Shown: positions 17,462 through 27,367, counted from the first letter of the stretch. The stretch: 53,957 nucleotides of DNA from Minisyncoccia bacterium (GCA_965659025.1 CBFHTW010000002.1:1-53957), one strand, 5' to 3'. A program made the numbers and translations. Notes: generated from the sequence alone by a model not told the origin.

Positions 17462-17563
17462 TTCTTGACTGCCTGTGTTTCGGCGACGGAACACGTCGCT
17501 TACGTGCGATACGCTCCGCACAGGACTGACATCACAGTTATTATAGCCGAAATGGGGCTGAAA

Positions 17564-18208
17564 TCAAGATGAAGATGGGGTGCTGTGGATACTCGGATTT
17601 TGCCCGAATTTGCTTTGGGGAAAGCGGATAGATTCGCTGATCGTGAGCATATTGTAAAAATGGCTCGCCCCGTAGTTGTAGTGTGCCCAAATTGCGTTCG
17701 CAATCACATCGGCCGCTTGTACGATCTTCGAATGCTCGGAATTGGTGTACGAAAGCTGGAGATTGTGCTGGTATCCGAACTGGGTATAGGCCTTTATCTT
17801 GATGTAATCGGCAAGCGAGTTGATGGAGCCCACTTTTGTCGAGTGATTGTCGAGCAGAATGCACAAATCCGTTGGCGTGCTTTTGATTGTTTTCTTTACC
17901 AGGAATGAGAAAAGGTAGTTGTAGCAGAGATTTTTATCCTCAAAGAGTTTTTTGTTGTCGATGTTGTGCTTGTCCGAGACGATGTACGAGACAGTGTAGT
18001 CGTTCGCACTGCATAGTTTGTTGAAAATCTCTTGCTTTTGCGGGAAAGACAATCGACTCGCTTTCACTTCTTTGAGATTATGACGGGCGCAAAACTTCCG
18101 CATGAGATTCACGATGCGCTTGCTCTGGTGCGGTGCGAGCAGTACAAGAACGAAGTAACGGTCCTTCGCCCCTAGATTGCCAGACTCGTCAACAAACAGG
18201 GTCTTCAT
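17564..18208 (-). CDS. DUF3800 domain protein
   Basis: MKTLFVDESGNLG N-terminus (the DESG hallmark). The start is trimmed to the ATG at 18208. It is AT-richer than its surroundings. Confidence 0.7.
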   Translation of the reverse strand: MKTLFVDESGNLGAKDRYFVLVLLAPHQSKRIVNLMRKFCARHNLKEVKASRLSFPQKQEIFNKLCSANDYTVSYIVSDKHNIDNKKLFEDKNLCYNYLFSFLVKKTIKSTPTDLCILLDNHSTKVGSINSLADYIKIKAYTQFGYQHNLQLSYTNSEHSKIVQAADVIANAIWAHYNYGASHFYNMLTISESIRFPQSKFGQNPSIHSTPSSS

Positions 18209-18229
18209 ACAAGATATATAATACCGTGT
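18209..18229. promoter_or_regulatory. 21-bp divergent intergenic region with TATATATAAT box
   Basis: acaagatatataataccgtgt. TATAAT (18217-18222) lies 7 nt before the recombinase ATG, which suggests leaderless transcripts. Confidence 0.35.
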
Positions 18230-19777
18230 ATGCGTTACTTCCTCTACGCCCGCAAAAGTACCGATGTTGAGGATAAACAAGTCCTTTCCATCGAAGCGCA
18301 ACTCGCAGAGTTGCGCGCGATCGCGCGAAAAGATGAGCTAGAGATTGTAGAAGAATTGGTCGAAAAGAAATCCGCAAAGATTCCAGGTCGCGCGATATTC
18401 AGCGACATGATGTCGCGTATTGGCCGCGGCGAGGCGCAAGGAATTATTTGCTGGAAGATAGATCGCCTCGCGCGAAATCCCGTAGACGGCGGACAAGTGC
18501 AGTGGTTGCTGCAACAGGGTGTAATCAAACACATTCAAACGCATGACCGCTCGCACTATCCGAATGACAATGTATTGATGATGTCCGTCGAGCTTGGCAT
18601 GGCGAATGAGTATATTCGCCAGTTGAGCGCAAACACGGCTCGCGGTCTGCGGCAGAAAGCGCGACAAGGAATATATCCCGGCCTCGCCCCTATCGGCTAC
18701 TTGAATGACCCGCGCACCAAAACTATCCGCGTCCACAAAAAGAACGCCGCGCTTGTGCGCGAGATGTTTGAACGCTACGCGAATGGTGCAACGTTAAATG
18801 ACTTGGCGGTATTTCTTGAGAACGCTAGCGTGCTGTCCAAAGGAAATCGCCGCGTTCACATATCGCGTATCTCATTTATTTTGCAAAATCCGTTTTATTA
18901 CGGCCACTTCCGCTACGCGGGCGAGGTTTATAAAGGTAATCACTCGCCGCTCATTTCAAAATCACTTTTTGACAAAGCAAACGCGGTGCTTCGCAGACGC
19001 GGCCGGACGCTCGCGGTCACAACCGATCCCGCGCCGCTGTGCGGCCTTTTGCGCTGCGGCTTCTGCGGCATGGGCATCACGGTCGAAGTGAAAGAGAAGC
19101 ACCAGAAAAACGGCAATATTCACCACTACACCTACTATCGCTGTACTCGCAAAAACAAGGCCGTGAAATGCAAAGAAGCGCCGATGCGAAGCGAAGTTTT
19201 AAACTCCCAACTTTCGGCGCTTCTTGGCGAGTACGCCATGCCGCAAGAATGGATATCGCCTTTATCGGCGATGCTTGATATGGAAGCAGCTAGCGCCTCC
19301 AAAACGGCGGCGGAGGCCGTTCGAGGACTGCGGGACAAAGTTTTTGATATTTCCAACAAACTTGAACGTCTTACGGATTTATATGTGGCCGAGGATATTG
19401 AACGTGAGGATTATTTGTCCCGCCGCCGCGCTCTCATTGGAGAGCGCCGGACGATTGAAGAACAAATCGTCCATCTTGAACGATCCCCCGCCGCGTGGGT
19501 TGAACCTGTCAGAAACTGGATACAAGACGCTTCGCGTCTTGATGAAATATCCAAATCAGAAGACATCCCCTCCAAAAAATCCCCCCTCCAAAAAGTTTTC
19601 GGATTGAACCTCAGAATCCACGCGCGCGAAGCGCGCGGAAATCCCATTCCCCCCTACGCGGCGCTCCGCGCCGCGCGCATTTCGGCCTCTGAAAAACCGT
19701 TAAATTTGATTCTTGAGCCGATGGCCGGAATTGAACCGGCGACCTACTCCTTACCATGGAGTTGCTCTACCATCTGA
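18230..19777 (+). CDS. large serine recombinase (resolvase domain + recombinase domain + zinc ribbon + coiled coil)
   Basis: YARKSTDVEDKQVLSIEAQ holds the catalytic Ser region, then DRLARN. CGLLRCGFCG...YYRCTRK is the zinc ribbon. The C-terminal ~70 codons run through repeat B and antisense to tRNA-Thr. Confidence 0.85.
   Translation: MRYFLYARKSTDVEDKQVLSIEAQLAELRAIARKDELEIVEELVEKKSAKIPGRAIFSDMMSRIGRGEAQGIICWKIDRLARNPVDGGQVQWLLQQGVIKHIQTHDRSHYPNDNVLMMSVELGMANEYIRQLSANTARGLRQKARQGIYPGLAPIGYLNDPRTKTIRVHKKNAALVREMFERYANGATLNDLAVFLENASVLSKGNRRVHISRISFILQNPFYYGHFRYAGEVYKGNHSPLISKSLFDKANAVLRRRGRTLAVTTDPAPLCGLLRCGFCGMGITVEVKEKHQKNGNIHHYTYYRCTRKNKAVKCKEAPMRSEVLNSQLSALLGEYAMPQEWISPLSAMLDMEAASASKTAAEAVRGLRDKVFDISNKLERLTDLYVAEDIEREDYLSRRRALIGERRTIEEQIVHLERSPAAWVEPVRNWIQDASRLDEISKSEDIPSKKSPLQKVFGLNLRIHAREARGNPIPPYAALRAARISASEKPLNLILEPMAGIEPATYSLPWSCSTI
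19565..19717 (+). repeat. repeat B (right end of element; attR-like arm abutting tRNA-Thr)
   Basis: Inverted copy of 17197-17344. It ends in gattCTTGAG, immediately followed by the tRNA acceptor stem. Confidence 0.85.
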
Positions 19778-19788
19778 GCTACATCGGC
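19716..19788 (-). tRNA. tRNA-Thr (anticodon GGT), CCA not encoded
   Basis: GCCGATG/CATCGGC acceptor, ACTCC-ATGGTAA-GGAGT anticodon arm, GCCGG-TTCAATT-CCGGC T-arm and discriminator T. The 3' trailer is CAAG. Confidence 0.9.
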
Positions 19789-19806
19789 AACTGCCCCAGC
19801 AGGATA

Positions 19807-20196
19807 CTACACCGACGTTATTCCATCAAAGTGTTCTTCCGCTTCGTCGGCCTTGGTGTGGTGCACCGTACCGTGCACATGGTTTGGTGGTGAATATAGG
19901 GTGTAGAGCTTCATTTGCTTGTCGGCTGATGTGTTCACGATGTTGTGGCGCGTCCCGGCGGGCACTACCACAGCCGAACCATCGGCGAGAGTATATTCTT
20001 CTCCATTCAGAATTGCCTTGCCTTCGCCAGCTTCAACACGAATAAACTGATCAAGCCCATGCACCTCTTCGCCTATATCCTCCCCCGGTTGTAGAGACAT
20101 AACCACAAGCTGACTGTAATGCGCTGTGTAAAGCACACGCCGATAGTCGCTGTTCTCCAGCGTGTCTTTCTCAATATTGGTGATAAATCCTGTCAT
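19807..20196 (-). CDS. cupin-domain protein
   Basis: GEDIGEEVHGLDQFIRVEAGEG...VVVPAGTRHNIVN has the G-x5-H-x-H...E and P-x-G-x2-H-x3-N cupin motifs. The start is trimmed to MTGFITN. Confidence 0.75.
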   Translation of the reverse strand: MTGFITNIEKDTLENSDYRRVLYTAHYSQLVVMSLQPGEDIGEEVHGLDQFIRVEAGEGKAILNGEEYTLADGSAVVVPAGTRHNIVNTSADKQMKLYTLYSPPNHVHGTVHHTKADEAEEHFDGITSV

Positions 20197-20219
20197 GAGG
20201 ATATGGTAACACATCCTTT

Positions 20220-20238
20220 TGCGCGAACGGCGGGACTC
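20220..20238 (-). repeat. 19-bp duplicate of the tRNA-Asp 3' end
   Basis: tgcgcgaacggcgggactc is identical to 20395-20413. Confidence 0.9.
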
Positions 20239-20359
20239 TCCCGCGACTCTCGGCTCGCCGTCGCTCGCCTCGGTCTGGGCACCGCCTCGCGGTTCGCCCT
20301 CTAGGCTCACATCGCTCCGGCGTTCAAGTCCCGACGCCGCTCCGCGGCTTCAGTAACAC

Positions 20360-20389
20360 AAACCAAAGCGGCTATTGCCGCTTTGGTTT
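20360..20389 (-). terminator. 13-bp-stem hairpin just downstream of tRNA-Asp
   Basis: aaaccaaagcggc-tatt-gccgctttggttt. On the minus strand it is followed by GTGTT. Confidence 0.5.
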
Positions 20390-20396
20390 GATTATG

Positions 20397-20471
20397 CGCG
20401 AACGGCGGGACTCGAACCCGTAACCTCTCCCGTGACAGGGGAGTGCTCTAACCAAATTGAGCTACGTCCGC
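20397..20471 (-). tRNA. tRNA-Asp (anticodon GTC)
   Basis: GCGGACG/CGTTCGC acceptor (G4-U69), CTCCC-CTGTCAC-GGGAG anticodon arm and ACGGG-TTCGAGT-CCCGC T-arm. Confidence 0.9.
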
Positions 20472-20530
20472 AATACCGAACATCCCAAGAATAGCCGAAA
20501 CTTGCCAACACTTCAAATGGCGCTAGTTTC

Positions 20531-20607
20531 TGGTGCCGGGGGACGGGAACGATCCGTCGACCTTAGCGTTATGAGTGCTACGCTCTAACCAACTGAGCTA
20601 CCCCGGC
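20531..20607 (-). tRNA. tRNA-Met, elongator type (anticodon CAT), CCA encoded, atypical T-loop
   Basis: GCCGGGG/CCCCGGC acceptor, loop CTCATAA and T-arm GACGG-ATCGTTC-CCGTC (A54/T58 instead of T54/A58). An Ile2 (lysidine) identity cannot be excluded. Confidence 0.8.
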
Positions 20608-20741
20608 AAACAGGTAACAACCAGAGAATACCAAATACCTTCCGATTTTGCGAGCAAGCATTGCCCCCACACACAGATACACAACAGCCACCTCATACAG
20701 GCGGCTAGTGATTAGTGGACATTTGACTTAATTTCTATATG

Positions 20742-21383
20742 TCATTTCTCCATTAATTTTGAAACCTCGCCGAACACTTCAACACCTGAGTCAGATACAT
20801 GCATTCCCGCCCCATCTTTACACATATAGATCTCCCGTCCGTGTGCATGTTGATATTCCGCGAGACGTTCGTACTCAGATGGTTCGCCTGTGAAATGCGG
20901 ATGAAATTCAAAATCGACGAAACCAAAACCAGTAAGGTCACTTATACCAACTTCGTTCTTGTCACCAAACTTCGCGAGCTCAATTGATGGCGTGCACATG
21001 ATACTCCCAGCACTCGCACCAATAAGCACTCCACCATTTAATAGATACCACTCAAGAATTGTCTGAAGTCCGCGCTTCCACGCCGCATCCATAAAAGTGA
21101 ATGTATTTCCTCCTGAGAGATAGATGGCGGCATACGAAGTAAGTGTGGCGAGCATTTCATCTGTAAAAATGTCCGAGAGATCAAAATAGTCGACGCGAAT
21201 ATCAGGACTGATAGCGGCATAGTCGGCAATAGTAGACTGATAGTATGGACGATTGCCACTCTGCGGACTCGAGGAAATATACGCGACTGTCGTACCTTGC
21301 TTGAGAATTTCTTGTGCGAGTGCCTTTCGCAAATCTTCCTCAAGCGGACTCATCATACTAAGCAAGAAGATGTCTCGCATCAT
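20742..21383 (-). CDS. peptidase S51 (dipeptidase E-like) family protein
   Basis: YLSGGNTFTFMDAAWKRGL...GGVLIGASAGSIM is the typical S51 nucleophile-elbow region. Confidence 0.7.
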   Translation of the reverse strand: MMRDIFLLSMMSPLEEDLRKALAQEILKQGTTVAYISSSPQSGNRPYYQSTIADYAAISPDIRVDYFDLSDIFTDEMLATLTSYAAIYLSGGNTFTFMDAAWKRGLQTILEWYLLNGGVLIGASAGSIMCTPSIELAKFGDKNEVGISDLTGFGFVDFEFHPHFTGEPSEYERLAEYQHAHGREIYMCKDGAGMHVSDSGVEVFGEVSKLMEK

Positions 21384-21593
21384 ACTGAAATGATATCAGA
21401 ATTTAAGCGATATTTTCAATTGAACTGAGTATTTAGGCGTTTTTTGTAACCACTCATGTTGGTACAGTACCGCAAGCTCGCGTACGCTCGCTAAGTGCCG
21501 CGGGACACACCTCGCGTCGCCTATCGGCGACATGCTCCGGCGTTCAATTCCAAACGCAAGCAAAGCAGTTTGCTTGCTCCCCCACACAGCCAA

Positions 21594-21624
21594 AAGACAA
21601 CCGCCCTGCAAGGGCGGTTGTCTT
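21594..21624 (-). terminator. 13-bp-stem hairpin just downstream of the initiator tRNA
   Basis: aagacaaccgccc-tgcaa-gggcggttgtctt. On the minus strand it is followed by TTTGG. Confidence 0.5.
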
Positions 21625-21632
21625 CACATTTG

Positions 21633-21704
21633 TTGCGGGGGTTGGAATTGAACCAACTGCCTTCAGGTTATGAGCCTGATGTGCAACCGTTACACTTCCC
21701 CGCT
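21633..21704 (-). tRNA. initiator-type tRNA-fMet (anticodon CAT)
   Basis: The 3' end CCCCGCAACA and 5' end AGCGGGG resemble E. coli tRNA-fMet (CGCGGGG...CCCCGCAACCA). Position 1:72 is unpaired (A:A). Anticodon arm is TCAGG-CTCATAA-CCTGA. Confidence 0.8.
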
Positions 21705-21748
21705 GGACAGGAGTGTACTCTCTCACACGACGCATCGCAAGTGTACGT

Positions 21749-22471
21749 TTAAGCAATGTAGTGAAACTCTTTGAACACTTGCTCATAGAGAGCAATCACG
21801 CGCCGAGCCTCGCGCGCCGAAAGCGCCATGTCAGCTCCTTCGTGCGCGATTCTGTTGCGCACCTTGTGCGCCTCCCACGCCATGTCGATGGTATTCCAAT
21901 CACCTCGCTCCACTTGTTTCATTTTGTCGCCCATGGAATCGCCATGGTATCCCTGCACATCCAAAAGCTCGTCAAGCATGATATCGGCCTCCAAAATAGC
22001 AAGCCGCCAGTCTTGTTCTTTCTCTGAATTAGTCTGCTCCATAATCTTGTTCCACCGAAGCTGGGCGGAGCTGACGTCTTGAGAAAATATCGGGTGCGCG
22101 GCGGCGGCAAACTTCATGCGCTCTGCGGCGCGTATTTGTCGGATACGCACAATACAATACACAATACCGGCGGCAAAGAGCAGTGAGAAAAACGTAGAGA
22201 CGGGAAGAATATTCTCCCACATCTGTTGTACCGCAGTAATAAATGGCGATATCTCACCTTCCGGGGACGTAAACAGTGCAAGAGAGCCTTCTGCAGAGAC
22301 AGGCGCATCCACCGCCGGTACATTGGTCGCATCTCCGGAGAGCGAGTCTCCAATAGTGTTGACGACTACACCCGGAAGTGAGCGAAACAGCACAACCACC
22401 ACAAGAGCGATAAGTAGCAGTATCCAAAATGTTGTACCCAAGCCGCCCTCGCTCTTTTTTGCTTCTGCCAT
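21749..22471 (-). CDS. membrane-anchored protein with C-terminal helical domain (DUF4145/HEPN-like RNRIAH motif)
   Basis: Two TM helices, then a C-terminal EAHKVRNRIAHEG. The family assignment is tentative. Confidence 0.45.
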   Translation of the reverse strand: MAEAKKSEGGLGTTFWILLLIALVVVVLFRSLPGVVVNTIGDSLSGDATNVPAVDAPVSAEGSLALFTSPEGEISPFITAVQQMWENILPVSTFFSLLFAAGIVYCIVRIRQIRAAERMKFAAAAHPIFSQDVSSAQLRWNKIMEQTNSEKEQDWRLAILEADIMLDELLDVQGYHGDSMGDKMKQVERGDWNTIDMAWEAHKVRNRIAHEGADMALSAREARRVIALYEQVFKEFHYIA

Positions 22472-22486
22472 GAGAGTATTGTACCG

Positions 22487-23908
22487 CTATGAACGAGCCG
22501 CCGCCTGTGCTATTGCGCAGAGTACGTGTTCATTGCCGTGGGCACCGATGAGCTGAAAGCCATTTGGCAGTGGCACGTTATCGCGCAGTACCGTACCGCC
22601 GGGCACGGAAATCGCCGGAACACCCGCGAGATTGATGGGGACGGTAAAAATATCAGCCGCGTACATGGCCACAGGATCCGCCTTCTCCCCTATCTTCCAT
22701 GCGGGGATGGGGCTTGTAGGAAGAGCAATCGCGTCCACCTCAGTGAAGGTTTGCGCAAAATCGGCGCGGATAAGCTCGCGCACTGCGCGCGCCTTGCGGT
22801 AGTAGGCATCGGCATATCCGGCGGAGAGCACAAAGGTGCCCACCAGGACGCGACGGCGCGTCTCCGGCCCAAAACCAGCGGCACGCGTTTTGGTGTATGT
22901 CTCGCCGATAGTATCGGCTTCTACCGAGAGTCCGTACCGGATACCGTCATACCGCGCGAGGTTGGTTGAGACTTCCGCAGGATTGATAATGTAATAACAC
23001 GCAAGCGCATAGCGAAGCGCCGGCAATTCCACATCTTTGATTTCGTATCCGGCCTTGGCAAGCTGTGCAAGCGATGCTTCAAATTCTTTCAAGACATCTG
23101 CGTCTACGCCTTCTTTGAGAAACGCCCTCGGCACTCCGATGACGCGCCTGTGCTCAGATGCTTGATAGGCGCCGTCCGGAAGCGAGGTGCTGTCGTGCGC
23201 GTCGTGCCCGGATATGGCATCAAACAGTATGCGCGCGTCTTCTACCGTACGTGCGATAGGGCCTATTTGGTCAAGCGATGAGGCGGCCGCCATAAGCCCA
23301 AAGCGTGACACCGCGCCATAGGTGGGTTTGAGTCCAACCACTCCGCAAAACGCAGACGGCTGACGAATGGAGCCGCCCGTGTCGCTCCCCAGCGCGGCAA
23401 GTGCGAGGCCGGCGGCAACGGCCGCGGCCGAGCCACCAGAAGTGCCGCCGGGCACGCGAGTAGTATCGTGCGGATTATGTGTCGGGCCAAATGCGGAGTT
23501 CTCGGTAGAACCACCGAGGGCGAATTCATCCATGTTGGTGCGTCCAAGAAATACCACACCCTGTGCCTTCAATGACCCAATGACCGTCGCGTCGTAACTT
23601 GCGCGGTAATGTTCAAGAATCTTGGATGCCGAGCTTGCGATGCGGCCTTCTATCAAAATATTGTCTTTGACTGCAATCGGAATGCCGGTGAGCGGCCCTT
23701 GCTCTGCGCGCGTGATCATTTCATCAGCATGCTTCGCCTCTTCTCGCGCGCTCCCTGCCCACACCTCCAAATACGCATGGATGTCTCCATCACGTTGCGC
23801 AATCTCCGCGAGATAGGCTTCGGTGAGTTGTAGCGCGGAATATTCTCCGGCATCCAGCGCCCTGCGCGCTTCTGCAATGGTGAGAGTGCGGAGATCTGGC
23901 ATAGGCAT
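22487..23908 (-). CDS. gatA: Asp-tRNA(Asn)/Glu-tRNA(Gln) amidotransferase subunit A
   Basis: Amidase signature GGSSGGSAAAVAAG-like (GGTSGGSAAAVAAGLA) and 473 aa. It overlaps the gatC stop. Confidence 0.95.
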   Translation of the reverse strand: MPMPDLRTLTIAEARRALDAGEYSALQLTEAYLAEIAQRDGDIHAYLEVWAGSAREEAKHADEMITRAEQGPLTGIPIAVKDNILIEGRIASSASKILEHYRASYDATVIGSLKAQGVVFLGRTNMDEFALGGSTENSAFGPTHNPHDTTRVPGGTSGGSAAAVAAGLALAALGSDTGGSIRQPSAFCGVVGLKPTYGAVSRFGLMAAASSLDQIGPIARTVEDARILFDAISGHDAHDSTSLPDGAYQASEHRRVIGVPRAFLKEGVDADVLKEFEASLAQLAKAGYEIKDVELPALRYALACYYIINPAEVSTNLARYDGIRYGLSVEADTIGETYTKTRAAGFGPETRRRVLVGTFVLSAGYADAYYRKARAVRELIRADFAQTFTEVDAIALPTSPIPAWKIGEKADPVAMYAADIFTVPINLAGVPAISVPGGTVLRDNVPLPNGFQLIGAHGNEHVLCAIAQAAARS

Positions 23909-24216
23909 TATTTGCGCGAAAGCACTTGCTTTACTTTCACGTAGCCGTTTTTTACCGCTGGCGCGATTGCAAGCAGGCGTTCTGTGTATGTGCCGCTCTC
24001 ATGCGGGTGCTCGTCTGCGCGCATCACATTGCGCAGGGTAGGGGTAACGACAGAAACAGAAGCGTGCGCATGCTGTATTTCGTCCACAAATCCAAGAATG
24101 TCCGGCAGTTCTTTTTCAAGCGCGGCAACCTCCGCATCCGTAATGTTGATACGCGCAAGATTCGCGAGCGCGCGCACGTCAATGTTCGGTGTCCCTCCTT
24201 GTTCCATACACGACAC
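23908..24216 (-). CDS. gatC: Asp-tRNA(Asn)/Glu-tRNA(Gln) amidotransferase subunit C
   Basis: ~100 aa with LARINITDAEV...ILGFVDEI, the typical GatC pattern. It lies directly upstream of gatA. Confidence 0.85.
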   Translation of the reverse strand: MSCMEQGGTPNIDVRALANLARINITDAEVAALEKELPDILGFVDEIQHAHASVSVVTPTLRNVMRADEHPHESGTYTERLLAIAPAVKNGYVKVKQVLSRK

Positions 24217-24227
24217 TATACTCTACA

Positions 24228-26757
<2,530 letters not shown>

Positions 26758-26762
26758 AAAAG

Positions 26763-27362
26763 TTATTGTGCCGTCGCATCACTCACCCACCGATACAAGT
26801 TTTGAGAAATGGTGAATGAACGCGTCTGTGCTGAAGCCGTGCGCCAAGAGACAGTAACAGAAATACGCACCTCATCCTGATTTGAGCATGTTTGCTCCCC
26901 GGGACAAGCCACCCACAATGCGCGTATGGTTCGTGTGAAGACAGTGTCACTCCATCCTGGAACTGCTGTATAAATATCTGCCGTACCCACCGGACCATAG
27001 GCATAAAACGTGCCGTCTGTCTTAAGTGGCGGGCATGTACCGGTCGTACACTCATGAATCACCGTTGCCGCGCTGTCGTCGCGCGTGTCAATCACGAAAT
27101 TTTTTTCTATCGGGATGCCTGAAAGAATGTCTGTCTGGGTGCCATAAGCGTTTTTAAGGATGTTGGCATCGCGTATACTACGCACCGCCTCAATCGCTTC
27201 CTGTGCCAGGTGAAATGCCGTTACTTGATCGCGCGCATACATGGCGGCAGAGAGCGCCTGTGATGTAAGCGTCATTGGCGCTACCACTGCCACAGTAAGC
27301 ACAGTAATAGCCACCAGTGTTTCTATGAGTGTAAATCCTTTTTTGTCGGTGGGTATATGCAT
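26763..27362 (-). CDS. prepilin-type N-terminal cleavage/methylation domain protein (minor pseudopilin)
   Basis: KKGFTLIETLVAITVLTVAVVAP. Confidence 0.75.
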   Translation of the reverse strand: MHIPTDKKGFTLIETLVAITVLTVAVVAPMTLTSQALSAAMYARDQVTAFHLAQEAIEAVRSIRDANILKNAYGTQTDILSGIPIEKNFVIDTRDDSAATVIHECTTGTCPPLKTDGTFYAYGPVGTADIYTAVPGWSDTVFTRTIRALWVACPGEQTCSNQDEVRISVTVSWRTASAQTRSFTISQNLYRWVSDATAQ

Positions 27363-27367
27363 ATGGG

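Larger units (their letters stand above)
10293..19717. mobile_element. putative integrated element (~9.4 kb) at the 3' end of tRNA-Thr(GGT), mobilised by a large serine recombinase
   Basis: The left junction reads X|A and the right junction reads B|tRNA. An internal site carries B|A contiguously. All three share a CTTGAG core. The recombinase gene abuts the right junction. See findings. Confidence 0.6.

Noticed and set aside
19712-19717. Absence of an encoded CCA on tRNA-Thr(GGT) as evidence that integration truncated the tRNA
   Set aside because: tRNA-Asp, tRNA-fMet, tRNA-Ser and tRNA-Ile in this window also lack an encoded CCA. The reconstructed empty site would not restore CCA either.
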